64,000 nt of DNA from Minutocellus sp. GHC0000111 (GCA_977018835.1 OZ361259.1:744001-808000); one strand, 5' to 3'; positions 24,938-37,454 are shown, counted from the stretch's first letter. Numbers and translations are program-made. The notes: a model not told the origin generated them from the sequence alone.

Positions 24938-26143
24938 ATGGACGCGTTCGTCGCACAGAGGAGATCTCATCTGGCTGTGCAGCCATGCATTCGAGATGTT
25001 ATTGTTGATGCTCTGATGCGAAATCCTCGGGAATCTTGGCGGGAGCTGGAGGTGGATGTCATCTTTTGGTGTTCCTGCTCGGCAATGCGGCGGTGGATGA
25101 CGTCGCGGGAAGGGTTCCGGTGCTGTGCCGAAAGGATCATCCCTCTCCTTGCTGCACATCAGATGGAGAAACATTTGGCATTTGCGCGGAAATTCCGAAA
25201 CAATTGGGGGCTCGGCGGTGGCAAGTTTTCCCTTGTCATGTTCGATGAGAAGTGGTTTTGGGGCTTGGTTCTTCGATCGCATGCCAAGCAAGTTGCAGAA
25301 TTGGGCATTGATCCTCGGTCCTTCTCGGCATGTCACCGAAATCACATCAACAAGTGCATGGTGGTGGCTGTCACTGCCTTGGCTTTTATTGACAGCATTG
25401 AGAATGGCGGCATTGCGTTCAAGCTTGGACTTTTTCGGGCTCAGGCGCATAAAATTGCGAGGCAGATGGCAAGGGAAGCGGTGCGGCAGGCAGATGGCAG
25501 AATCAAACATTGCGGCCCGGTGGTTCGGAAGAAAGACGATCTGTGCCTTGTGGATTGCGCGGTGACTGGATGCAGCCATGGCACCCTTGATAATCCCAAG
25601 TTCCCACTGTTTGATAACAAGATGTTTCCGGATGTTGAGGCTTTGGTCGGACCTGGCGGAAAGTTTGAAGGCCATGTCCCTGTTTTCCAGGGCGACAGTG
25701 CTGGGCCCCATGCCGAGACTGAATTTGTGGAACATGTGGAAGGATGCTGTCGGGACAAGGGATGGCGTTGGGAACCTCAGGCCCCGCAAATGCCCCATAT
25801 GAATGTTCTTGATCTGTCTGTTTTCCCTTGCATGTCAAAGCAGCATGCAATGTTGTGCCGCGATCGGGAGGGGCTGAAGGTTTTGACAGAGGATCAGACT
25901 TGGGATGCAGCGGAGGAAGTTTGGATGGGGCTGGAAAACTGGAAGATCGCATCGGCATGCATCCAGGCTCATAGAATTGCAAAGAAGGTAATCGTTGCAA
26001 AAGGCAACAATGATTTTCTTGGAAACGGTGAAGGCATTCATGTTGGGGTGCGAAAGGATTTCAGGCTGACTGAAAATGGCATGGTTCGGACAGATGGGAA
26101 AATTATCGCTCCTCCTCCTGCTGATCCAACCATGGATAATTAG
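24938..26143 (+). pseudogene. Mariner-like transposase catalytic region (DD38D spacing, plant DD39D-like motifs), hypermutated and 5'-deleted
   Basis: FDEKWF...QGDSAGPH...PQMPHMNVLDLSVF; no Tyr in 401 aa. Confidence 0.88.
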
Positions 26144-27146
26144 TCCTGCGGTGCTTTTAAGTTATATTGTGTTTAATAATGCTAGATTGGATTGTAGATC
26201 TGGATGCTAGCTGCTGCAACACATGCACTTTGCATTGTGCATGTGTTCAATGCCGGTAGATCTAAGATTCAGGCGGTTGCGGGCCCAAAAAGTCGCTGTT
26301 TTGGTCCCGACCCTGTGCTCGATTTCTCGCGAAACAGACTTCATAGGCATCATCGGCAACGAAAAAAAAGCCCGATCAAGCGGCAAAACGAGCTGTGCAA
26401 TCCTACACCGACGGCTTCCAAAGTCAAGTGAGCATCAGTCTTGCATGTGCGTCCGACCCTTCGCCGCAGGACCAGGGTAACTCTTGGGATAAAGTGCACA
26501 CAACAACAATCTTTGTTCTTGCACTTGTGTTTGTGTAAAATAATTCCTTTTTTTTTCAAACAAAACAAAAACACAGAAAATACAATAAAATTCGACGCAG
26601 AGGTGCCACTCGTTCCCTAATGTCAACGACGCTGGAATCCAATCCAAGCTATGTAAACTTTTTACTTTTCTCTTTTCTTTTCCTATGCTATGTGTTCTGA
26701 AACTGAAAGATCGAAAATATCGCGAATTTGTCAACACCCCCAAATTACAAGCAATATCGCAAGGAGGGGTGGGATAGGGAATCCAAGAAGCTTCAAAAAT
26801 AAAAAGAAGACGAGAAGAACGGAAAATCTGAACAGAGCGACCTTTTCATCATGTGCAATCAAAAGCGATGCGAAGATTCGAAAACATACAGATACGAAGA
26901 AATTTATACTAGGCCTACTACACCAGAGCAAACTGCCTGCCGCTTCCAAACTGCAGGTAGAAGAATGAAAGTTCCCTGGAGTGACCGAAATCAAAGTTTC
27001 ATTGTGCAAAAGAAAAGAAAGAGGATTAGGAGGGCAACATTTGCTGTTCTTCAGTGTAGGCATATCTTTCTAATAATTATTGCCATGACAGTGTCCTTTG
27101 GTCCATTGTTCAGTACATACTTTTATACGAAGCAAAATGCCCACTT

Positions 27147-28336
27147 TCATGTCGATGGAATCATTTTCGCGTCTCGGAAGGAAGAGTTCCATTGAGGCGG
27201 ATGAATGTGCGCCGCTTCCATTCTTTTGTTTCTTTCTCCCAAGTTGACCTCCATTTGTTTATGCCAAGAATCGGTTTCCCAAGCGCATTGCAAACATTGC
27301 GCTACGTTTCCTTGTCCAAATGGGCAGGCTTTGCAGAAATGCAAGCTGCGAGATATTTGCTCTGAAAAACGCTGATTTTGTCGATTGTGGCCGTTCCTGT
27401 GTTCTTTGATAGTGCCATCGACATTGCAACGAGCTTTCCATAGACATTTCTGTCCAGCCATGACTTCTTATTCAGCTCAAATGCACCAGCAATAATGCCC
27501 AGCGGCGGATACAGGGTGTCCTCAGCAAAGCCAAAAACGTCTTGAAACATGTGCCAGGCATCATCCTGGTCAGTCATGGTGTCAATGTACAAATGAGAAG
27601 AAACAAAGTAAGGCATTCTTGGTTTGCCTCCCTTCTCGTCTCTGGGGGATCTATACCAGTAATGCGTCACAGTCTCTTGTTGCTCTTACAACGAAGCGAT
27701 TGTGCCAGAATCCTCCCAACGGACAATCTTAGGTGACGCGAGACTCATGTTGGAAATCATTGATTGAAGATCCCTCTCGAACTCATCTGTATCTACTACA
27801 TTTCTTCCTGCTTCCAGGAAACACGGCCTACTCAACTTCATCTCATCACCTCCAAGATGGATAAAGGGACTTGTATGGAATATTTCTTCCAGCTCACCCA
27901 ATGAAGTTTCAAGGATAGACATTATGCCTGCGTTTTGATGGTTGAGAGGAATGCCCCATGCCTCCTCGCAGAAGTATTTTGGGCAATTTACAATAAGACC
28001 AGGGATGCCGGACCACCCCCCTGCATGGCCCGGAATATTTAATTCTGGCATTATGAAAACTCTCCTTTCGGTGGCAAACCCGACGAGGTGCTTCATTTCT
28101 TCCACGGAATATACACTGCCACCTGGAACAGAAGGTACTGCTAGTTCAGGATAGGAATCAAACTTCAACACGAATGATTGATCATCAGTCAACCTGAGAT
28201 GTAGCAGATTGAAACCAAGCTTCGCAATGAAGTCAACAATATCCTTCAAGTCTGAAATGGAAAAATACACACGAGCAGCATCCACAAGTACCCCAGCATA
28301 TCGAACACGATGCTCTGGCAATTTCCTTCCCGGCAC
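27147..28336 (-). pseudogene. GH20 beta-N-acetylhexosaminidase, in-frame stop at 27686
   Basis: GVLVDAARVYF, LHLRLTDDQSF, PELNIPGH, catalytic HLGGDE; frame continues past the TAA into 27302..27670. Confidence 0.85.
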
Positions 28337-29311
28337 AAACGACCTCCACTACACATCGTCGACCGATTCATCCAACTTGTCCGATCACAGGGAATCCCAT
28401 TTCTCTGTGCATTCATATGAGGATAAAGGGCTTACCCTGTCAGCAGACTTTGTAAGACTATTCGCGAAGGCTAGCGTCATTCTGGAAGGTACCCACGGTG
28501 ACAACCCACGAACAATGGCAAGGCGGATCGACCGCACCGAACGATCGGTGGTGTAATCCGAACAGCACTGATAGGAGCGGGCCTACCCAATGCACTCTGG
28601 GACGTAGCAGCAGTTCATCTAGCCAATGTTCACATTGAGACTTGGCATTCAGGATCCAAGAACATTCCACTCAGAGCTTGGAACAAAGCCATGTTGAGGT
28701 AGAGATAAATTTGATTGCCAGTCGCGACAAAAACCTTTACGCAGGAATAATTCATAATGCACATGCCGAGCAGAGGTTCGATTCTATCTACTGTATCCCA
28801 CTCATCATGAATTTTGGCAGAGAGAGAGAGAGATTCCTGTCTATCCTGTGCCTCTCAACGTTTCTGTTCCAAAGAAACCGAAAAGCAAAAACAAAAAAGT
28901 GCCTAAGGAAAAATCAATATTCGACCAGCCAGTGAGACCACGGAGAGCTCGACTGTACACACGATACGGCTTCTGCTTTTCGTGCGTTTTTCTTTTCTAT
29001 TTCTGATTTCTTCTGAACAGCAAAGGTCTTGGGTAAGTAGTCCACAACTAAGTTTACTGTTCGTGCTTTGTCTCAACAAGATACGCATTGTTTTACTAGT
29101 GTGCTTTTGCTTGCTGCGTTCTATTCTACTCTTCGACCACAGAGGTACTTGAGGTAGTGAATGTGGTAGTGAATTTGACCGTTTACTATCGCCGGGACCA
29201 ACCACTAGCTCGCTAGGCCTACCACCTGATGATGATTACTCGCCTAGTTTATTGGGCTTGAGTTCCCTAATCTCTAAATGTAAAATCCGCTGTAGCAATT
29301 GTCCGAATAAA

Positions 29312-29827
29312 TCAACCGAACATAGAATCAGAAATCGTCGTTTGACGGAATTTGTACTTTGCATACGTGCCGGATGCTAATCCTAGTTGATGCTCCACTA
29401 TTTCAGCCCATAGAACTGGGTCTCTGGCAGCTGGCATCCATTTGCTGAGGTCGTTTGCTCTAGATCCGAATCCTAGTTTCTCTAGAGTGTCACGGTATCC
29501 ATGTCGAATTGTAACTTTGGCTTTGCCACGTCGTCTAGATTTTCCATGGCAGAAGGCTCCAAATAACTTTCTAGGCAATCTGTTATCTCCCATGTTTGCT
29601 TGCAACCTTCTCTAACCATCTGCATCTCCTTAGTTCTAGATTGGTTTCCATCGTGCATATGTAGGCACTAAGAGCTTCAGCTCTAACATCTTCATTTGTG
29701 ACTTTACCTTCCCGGTAGAAGTCATGCCCGACGATTTGATGGAGGCAGTTGTGGTGCACAGACTCTAGCTTTTTGATCAGTGATGGTTTGAGCGCCCAGC
29801 TTTCGAATCCCCACAGCACTGTGTTGA
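29312..29827 (-). mobile_element. Non-LTR retrotransposon (RTE-like) 3' fragment cut by the duplication junction
   Basis: VLWGFESWAL, RRCRWL, RLPRKL post-RT motifs; matches 45301-45816. Confidence 0.75.
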
Positions 29828-30357
29828 ATTTCCTACTGCTACTCGTAGGTAGACTAGCTAGTTTGTTCATATAAATCTGTTTCCAAGAAAAGTCACATCA
29901 TCCAATTGACCTTAGGTCTACCAGTATTTTCCCCAAGATTGTGGTACTCTCTGGTGTTGAGGGTTCACAATTCAATCTTTGTGGCGCCACCATTTTTCTG
30001 GAAAGCAATTTTGGAGAGCTCTTGTGTGTGGGCATGGCTATGGTCGGTGTGGCCCCCATCCTCCCTCCATCTGGTTCCTTTGCCAGGCACCATTCTCATG
30101 CAAAGTGCATGTTTTACAAAAGATTTATGCTGACCTGTCAAATCACCTGCACCGTCAGCACACAGTGTTTATCGCATGCTAAAAAGCGAAGCAGGGGTCT
30201 GTCAAGCACGTGGTCAAGAGAGGGAAGTTAAGTCAAACCATTGCATGGGCGGCGGCACCTGAGGCGCTGAGCGGAGTAAGGCGCCATCGTCATCAGACCT
30301 GGCTATTGCACAGAGCGCTAAATATCGATAGCTACTAACACTGATGGCCATAGCGCA

Positions 30358-30543
30358 ATGACACTCTACTTGTCCTGCCTCTCCTCGCCGCTCATTCTGC
30401 TGCTGCTTTTGACCACACCATCGCACGCTGCCATGCCAGGCGATGGGCGGCGCAGTAGCGGCACCACTGCCACCGCCAGACCGCTCATCCTCCGGCTGCA
30501 CATGGTCCGTCATGGAGAGACCGAGGCCAACAAGGCCAGCTAG
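30358..30543 (+). pseudogene. N-terminal fragment of a histidine phosphatase (PGAM-like)
   Basis: Hydrophobic leader, then RLHMVRHGETEAN (RHG motif), stop immediately after. Confidence 0.65.
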
Positions 30544-32011
30544 TGAATTTGAGGCTCATTTAGTGCCTTAAGCACAGTGCGACAAGCAACAAATTCCAGC
30601 AAGTTTTCTTTGTGATGAATCGACATCTCGGCGTGCCGTGAAGCCAACAAAATTGACAGCAGGCCTAGACATAAAGACAGCCAATGCCAAAGTGAGCCAA
30701 TGCCAAAGTGAGAAAGAGAAAAGAACAAGACAGCATGATCAAAAAGAAAAGCTAGTGTCAACATTAGTAGGAGAACACAATGGGACTGAGTGCATTTGGA
30801 GCACACTTGAAGCGGCATGGAATCAGACACATTGTCCAATTGAAATTGTCTCCTTGGACAAAAGTCCCAACAGGAAAGAGAGTGCTGTGGTCGTCGAACA
30901 GTTTCAAGAAAAATGCCCTCTTTAGTCAAAACGGTCGTTTTCATTGGTCAGAAAAGGTCAATTTTTCACTAGAAAAGGCAAAAGGAGAGCATGCCACATT
31001 GCCCTGCTAGGACCTCCCCAGATAGAACAGGTGGTGGCTGCAATGGCAACCATCTGTCACTCCCCTGAAGTGACACAGCAGAAGGCAGTGTACCAGAGCA
31101 GACAGCCGGCATCCAACAGCCATCCCAGCAACTCTTGGTCTCTCAGTGCCATGAATGTGGCGTGGCACTAGCTTGAAGTTGGTTGATCCTAGTGCTAGGG
31201 TTAAGGCAGTGTGATTATTTTGGACAGGAGGAAATGAGTTATCTTCTAAAAACTAATTGGGGGAGGATTCAACATCACAGGGACTTCACAGGTGTTGCTC
31301 GTCATTTGTGGGACGGCACTTGCAATGTTGCAGCAAGCCACAGGGCAAGGGATAGAAATTCCAAAAAGTTGCAGAACGTCTTTGGCAATGCAATTGCAGC
31401 CACCACACGGTCATTTCCGCAACATTCAGAACTGGCTGAACAAGGTTCAAGGAGGCCTTTCGGGTTTGCACTTCCGGTTTTGACAATGCATTGGTCGCAC
31501 TTCTGCTTCACCTGCCAGCTCCCCAAGCGCGTCGCCGTCGAGCAGCCCAACCTCTTTGCCGTCTTCTCACCAAGCTCGTTCCTGACCAGTGCTCCTTCGA
31601 GTGAGCCATCAGTGTCGTCTCAGCCAACGGCCGCTTCTTGCCTCCCATCCCCTGCCGGCAGGGTGGAATGACTCGAACCCTAACCCTCAAAGAAAAAGCC
31701 GGCCAAGCCCAGCCAGGCCAAGTGGAAGAACTTGATGTGCACAAATGCTGCACGGCCGTTTGAATGCGACCTCAACTCTCATTTTTCCAAATGGTCTGTC
31801 CGTCCACCCGTACCCCACCCCCGGATGTGCATGGGTGAAAAATTTTAATAAAGATTCTTGAAAAGACTTTTTATTTCCATTTCAAACACCACAGACACGA
31901 CATATAAAGACCCGGATGTGCAATTTTTTAAACTTTTAAATAAAGGTTCATGAAAAGACTTTTTATTTCCATTTCAAACACCACAGACTCGACATAATCA
32001 CAATTATAAAG

Positions 32012-34573
32012 ATGAAGGTTGAGGTGGCACTTCTGTTCGCTGTTGGAATTTTGTCGTTTGCCGACGTTGCGCATGGAAATGAGAATCAGTGGGGATCTTT
32101 GAATCTCTTTGGAAAGAAGAACGGACTCAAAGGTGGCGCCCGTGACTTGTGGAGCACCGGCTACAGCTACAGCTCCACTGGAGGATCCAAGAGCAAGTCC
32201 ACTGGAGGATCCAAGTCCAAGAGCAAGTCCACTGGAGGATCCAAGTCCAAGAGCAAGTCCACTGGAGGATCCAAGTCCAAGAGCAAGTCCACTGGAGGAT
32301 CCAAGTCCAAGAGCAAGTCCACTGGAGGATCCGAGTCCAAGAGCAAGTCCACTGGAGGATCCAAGTCCAAGAGCAAGTCCACTGGAGGATCCAAGTCCAA
32401 GAGCAAGTCTGGCTCGACTCCTGTCCCCCCGGCTCCCAAACCTGTCCCCCCGGCTCCCACTCCTGTCCCCCCGGCTCCCACTCCTGTCACCCCCAATGCA
32501 GAATGCCGTGACTACGACGATTTCGATCAAATTGTATTTAACTTCTACAATTTTGGATCTTTCCAGACCGACATCAATGCCCTTGGTTCAGTTGACCTAG
32601 ATGTGTTTCAGGTTTCAATCTGCGCTGTGCTGGAGGAGATAGACCTACTGACTTCCATTGTGAGCTGCTGTACTTCTGCTGTGCTCATTGAAACAAGCAG
32701 ACGGCACCTCCGGGCCAACAGTACAAACACCTCAAATACTACAAGTACTGTTGAATTCAGCACAAGCATAGTATACGAAGGAACAAGCTGTGAAGACGGA
32801 GATACGTGTCAAGGTTCATTCGAGGATGCAATCAACTCCGACTCATTCGGGAATCTGATCGGAGGCTCGGTGGTAGACCTTCAGCCACTGGGTACAAATC
32901 CACCTCCTACGATGGCCCCGCCGACTAATCCTCCTCCCGTCACCACCCCCGTCCCCCCGGTCCCCAGTACAAATCCACCTCCTACAATGGCCCCGCCGAC
33001 TAATCCTCCTCCTGTCACCACCCCCGTCCCCCCGGCCCCCAGTACAAATCCACCTCCTACAATGGCCCCGCCGACTAATCCTCCTCCTGTCACCACCCCC
33101 GTCCCCCCGGCCCCCAGTACAAATCCGCCTACCAAAGCCCCGTCTTCATTGCCTTCTCAATCTCCTTCCGATTTCCTTTCTTCATTGCCTTCTCAATCTC
33201 CTTCCGATGTCCCGTCTTCATTTCCGTCCGAGTCACCAAGTACATCATTTGCCCCCAGTACAAATCCACCTCCTACAATGGCCCCGCCAACTAATCCTCC
33301 TCCTGTCACCACCCCCGTCCCCCCGGCCCCCAGTACAAATCCACCTCCTACAATGGCCCCGCCAACTAATCCTGTCTCCGCCCCCACTCCTGTCACCACC
33401 CCCGTCCCCCCGGCCCCCAGTACAAATCCACCTCCTACAATGGCACCGCCGACTAATCCTCCTCCCGTCACCGCCTTTGTCCCCGTCACCACCCCCGTCC
33501 CCCCGGTCCCCAGTACAAATCCACCTCCTACAATGGCCCCGCCGACTAATCCTCCTCCTGTCACTGCCCCCTTCCCCCCGGCCCCCAGTACAAATCCACC
33601 TCCTACAATGGCCCCGCCGACTAATCCTGTCTCCGCCCCCACTCCTGTCACCACCCCCGGCCCCCCGGCCCCCAGTACAAATCCGCCTACCAAAGTCCCG
33701 TCTTCATTGCCTTCTCAATCTCCTTCCGATGTCCCGTCTTCAATTCCGTCCGAGCCATCATCATTTGTATCATTTGCCCCAAGTACATCATTTGCCCCAA
33801 GTACATCATTTGCCCCAAGTACATCATTGCCTTCTCAATCTCCTTCCGATGTCCCGTCTTCAATTCCGTCCGAGCCATCATCATTTGCCCCAAGTACATC
33901 ATTTGCCCCAAGTACATCATTTGCCCCAAGTACATCATTGCCTTCTCAATCTCCTTCCGATGTCCCGTCTTCAATTCCGTCCGAGCCATCATCATTTGCC
34001 CCAAGTACATCATTTGCCCCAAGTACATCATTTGCCCCAAGTACATCATTGCCTTCTCAATCTCCTTCCGATGTCCCGTCTTCAATTCCGTCCGAGCCAT
34101 CATCATTTGCCCCAAGTACATCATTTGCCCCAAGTACATCATTTGCCCCGACTTCGGGCCCTTGCCCTGCAGCTCCAGAAACGCTATTAGAGGAAGAAGG
34201 AGGAGATTTTGAATTTACCCAACGATTGCCAAGAGCTACTCTCAGTGTTGAACTGCGGATTTTTATCAGGGGTGATTACAATGGTTTAAATGGAGGAACT
34301 GATGAAGAATATGCCGATATCTTTTTGTTAAATAATACCTCTGGAGAAGCATCTCTTCCTCGCATCGGCAGATTCATTGGCTCACCACAGTGCAGCGATG
34401 ATTTCTTGGAGGAGTCGTATGTCATTCCTGTCGAAACATACAATGCATTTCACGAAGAAGGCAATGGCACAGTGTCCATCCTCATTGACGCTTCTGAAAA
34501 CGTGGGGATTTTCTGCGCTTTTAATGATGCCTACATTCAGTTTGAAATAGATGGTGGTTGTGGCCTTCCCTAA
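32012..34573 (+). CDS. Secreted silaffin-/mucin-like protein, paralog of 15041..17080 (853 aa)
   Basis: Same signal peptide, RXL and domain order; expanded TGGSKSKSKS, TNPPP and FAPSTS repeats; open frame. Confidence 0.87.
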   Translation: MKVEVALLFAVGILSFADVAHGNENQWGSLNLFGKKNGLKGGARDLWSTGYSYSSTGGSKSKSTGGSKSKSKSTGGSKSKSKSTGGSKSKSKSTGGSKSKSKSTGGSESKSKSTGGSKSKSKSTGGSKSKSKSGSTPVPPAPKPVPPAPTPVPPAPTPVTPNAECRDYDDFDQIVFNFYNFGSFQTDINALGSVDLDVFQVSICAVLEEIDLLTSIVSCCTSAVLIETSRRHLRANSTNTSNTTSTVEFSTSIVYEGTSCEDGDTCQGSFEDAINSDSFGNLIGGSVVDLQPLGTNPPPTMAPPTNPPPVTTPVPPVPSTNPPPTMAPPTNPPPVTTPVPPAPSTNPPPTMAPPTNPPPVTTPVPPAPSTNPPTKAPSSLPSQSPSDFLSSLPSQSPSDVPSSFPSESPSTSFAPSTNPPPTMAPPTNPPPVTTPVPPAPSTNPPPTMAPPTNPVSAPTPVTTPVPPAPSTNPPPTMAPPTNPPPVTAFVPVTTPVPPVPSTNPPPTMAPPTNPPPVTAPFPPAPSTNPPPTMAPPTNPVSAPTPVTTPGPPAPSTNPPTKVPSSLPSQSPSDVPSSIPSEPSSFVSFAPSTSFAPSTSFAPSTSLPSQSPSDVPSSIPSEPSSFAPSTSFAPSTSFAPSTSLPSQSPSDVPSSIPSEPSSFAPSTSFAPSTSFAPSTSLPSQSPSDVPSSIPSEPSSFAPSTSFAPSTSFAPTSGPCPAAPETLLEEEGGDFEFTQRLPRATLSVELRIFIRGDYNGLNGGTDEEYADIFLLNNTSGEASLPRIGRFIGSPQCSDDFLEESYVIPVETYNAFHEEGNGTVSILIDASENVGIFCAFNDAYIQFEIDGGCGLP

Positions 34574-35593
34574 CCCTAACCCCAATATCATGGTCATCAA
34601 GTTCCACAAAGAGTGAAATGGCAATGCAAAGGAATTGCTCTTTGAGAAATTGAATACATAGCACAAAGATACACGAAAATGCTGTTGAACCATAACATAG
34701 CAAAGCTTCTCCAATTGCCTACTAGCGCACCAGACTCACTTAATAGAACGAACTGAAAGACAGATCTATGACGCACCACTTTCATCCCTTAAACAATCTG
34801 ATGGATGTCTACTGTTCCGAAATTTGGCGAAGCGAACACCACAGAGTCACCTGCCTCGCAGAACATGCAACTAAAGTAAGAACAATTGTGCAACTACGTG
34901 GCCACACAAGCTAGATGCACTACAGAGAAAACATCAGCGCAGCAAGGAGTTCTTGCATCAGGGAAGTCCGATGGCTTATCTTGAGGGTCAAGTGGGTTGC
35001 TATCAGCTTGGTACTGGGCATTTTGCTTCGTATAAAAGTGCGCTCTGAACAATGGACCAAAGGACACCGTCATGGCAATAATTATTAGAAAGATATGCCT
35101 ACACTGAAGAACAGCAAATGTTGCCCTCCTAATCCTCTTTCTTTCTTTTGCACAATGAAACTTTGATTTCGGTCACTCCAGGGAACTTTCATAGGAGTTC
35201 CCGAAGCCATGACACGATGACATTAATAGGTAGCATGCCAAAAAATTTTCCGCCGCCCAAAATCGAGGTGAAAAGTGGAAGAAACTTTCATGGCCAGGAT
35301 GACTGCCAGGAAGCGGGGGAAAGGGTGCGCTGGCCCGGCCAGATGGCAATCGCGACAGCCATTTGCAACATGTATCTCATGTACGTGAGTGTAATGTGCA
35401 CACAGTGTGCAATTAATGAATTATTTATTTCGATTTGATAAACGTTTACGTAGCGATTCGTCATTTGTTTGTGTTGAATCGCCGCAGCACCTCGGTCCAG
35501 CCAAAGCACAAATGAAATAGCTCTTGAGTTCAGATGCTCAAAAAGTGAAATGACAACAGTAAATGCATGGACATTTCCTTTGATTGCATTTAG

Positions 35594-36430
35594 CTAAGCC
35601 AACACCAACACAATTGTTGAAGGCACCATTGACGGACTTTCTGAGGGAAACAGACTTGGCACATCTGATGGTGCAGCACTTGGCACGTCCGAAGGAGATG
35701 TGGATGGTTCGGCACTGGGCAGCAAGCTCGGAACATCCGATGGTGCAGCACTTGGCACGTCTTAAGGAGATGTGGATGGTTCGGCACTGGGCAGCAAGCT
35801 CGGAACATCCGATGGTGCCGTACTTGGTGCATCCGATGGTGAGGAACTTGGGATTTTGCTGGGAGCATCCGATGGTGTGACACTTGGTGCTAAGGATGGT
35901 GATTCTGAAGGTTTCACAACACAAGAGTTCAACGGGCACTCATTTGTGCAAACACCCATTGATCCTTGTGGACCCACACAGGCGCAGCCGGCACTGCCAT
36001 TCATTGTGCTGCAACATTGGTTTGGCATGCCTGGGTCGCAAGGTTCACCCTCGAAAGGAAGACCTCCCTGCGTGCATGTGTTGACAAGACCCATGTTAAA
36101 TATTGGTGCAGGTGTCGGGCGTGGAGTTGGTGCATCCGTGGGTGCCTTCATGGGACTTTTGGTGGGAGAGACAGTTGGAGCAACAGGCGCAGTCGTGGGA
36201 AAACTTGTGGGAGAGCTTGTTGTGGGAGAAACCGTGGGAGAGTCTGTAGGAGCACCTGTCAAAGTGCCTGTGGGAGAATCCGTGGGAAATCCTGTGGGAC
36301 TCTTGGTGGGAGATCCTGTGGGCGCCGGGGTTTCGGGGCTTACAACACACATGCCCTGTCCTGCATTTGCACAAATGTTGTTAGTGCAGAAACATCCTCC
36401 GGATGCGTTTCCGTCCATCATGAAACCACT
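35594..36430 (-). pseudogene. Cys-rich + PT/PS-repeat protein, copy B (premature stop at 35762)
   Basis: Matches 19617-20450. Confidence 0.75.
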
Positions 36431-37454
36431 CAGTCTTGCATGTGCGTCCGACCCTTCGCCGCAGGACCAGGGCAACTCTTGGGATAAAGTGCACACAACA
36501 AAAATCTTTGTTCTTGCACTTGTGTTTGTGTAAAATAATTCCTTTTTTTTCAAACAAAACAAAAACACAGAAAACACAACAAAATTCGACGCAGAGGTGC
36601 CACTCGTTCCCTAATGTCAACGACGCTGGAACACAATCCAAGCTATGTAAACTTCTTACTTTTCTCTTTTCTTTTCCTCTTTTCCCGTGCTACTAGTGTT
36701 TGGCCCGTCGTCGCCTTGCTCGGACAAATCGCTGCTGCAAAACGTTTTAGCTTAGGAGTCTGTCGATGCCTCAGTTAGAGGGACGTTAAGCCAACATGCG
36801 AGCTGGGCTCAAGTCAAAGAATAGATCTCCTACCGAACAGACCCCATGGTTGGGGTAAGCAGGGACACTTTTAGGAGCTAACAAATGGACCTAAGGGAAA
36901 TAAAAGAATCCATCTGAACCACTAAACCCCCACCTCGTTGTGCTTTGCATCCATCACACAAGCTTGCCATCGAATGTTCAAGTTCGACACTGTCAGATGT
37001 TCCGGAAGTTGCGTCGCTTCACGGTCTTAGGCTCGAGAACACTGCACAATGCGTGTGCTTGTTTCATCTAGAAATGCGCTGCTAGGGTTAACCTCAGCCC
37101 AGCCGGGTTCCCTCTGAGGGCGATTCGCAAGATCCATGTCGAGGAGAAGTCTTGTTTGCATTGAGTCGCCGGGTTCCCTCTGAGGGCGATTCACAAGATC
37201 CGATCAGGTGGGCTCAGTCGACGACGTGGTGGCATTTAAACCCTAAGGTCGCCAACCTTAGTGCCGTGCCCTAGCACCATGTCGAGGAGAAGTCATTGAG
37301 ACAACCTCCTATCTCGACACTATGCCATCCCCCACAGGTGCAGTGTAACCTTTGAGCCTTAAGACCAGAGCCCTGTTGTCACGTTTCCAGCGGAGCCAAC
37401 TGCCCCTTGTCTCGTAGGCCGAACATGGCAAAGTGATCACATCCGGGCCACATG

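Larger units (their letters stand above)
21493..26343 (+). mobile_element. Outer Tc1/mariner-superfamily element, degenerate, interrupted by a nested mariner
   Basis: Imperfect 27-bp TIRs CGAGGTCAGATTCGCGAGAAATCGAGC / GCTCGATTTCTCGCGAAACAGACTTCA (4 mismatches); flanked by TG (left) and TA (right). Confidence 0.75.
13632..29827 (+). repeat. Segmental duplication copy A (~16 kb)
   Basis: Colinear with 29826-45816 (offset ~15.96 kb over most of its length) with copy-specific indels; begins in the last P450 codons (GAATTTCCTACTGCTACTCG). Confidence 0.93.

Noticed and set aside
22642..26000. Many long overlapping ORFs in all frames over the transposons
   Set aside because: Expected by-product of TA loss, which removes TAA/TAG stops; not separate genes.
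24938..26143. CpG deamination or classical RIP as the cause of TG/CA excess
   Set aside because: CpG is abundant, TA is depleted rather than gained, and conserved Tyr codons and TA target sites are the altered positions.
34568..34582. Telomere-like CCCTAACCCTAACCC (also GGTTAGGG at 14232 and AACCCTAACCCT at ~14706)
   Set aside because: Only 1-2.5 units; too short to call interstitial telomere or telomerase healing.
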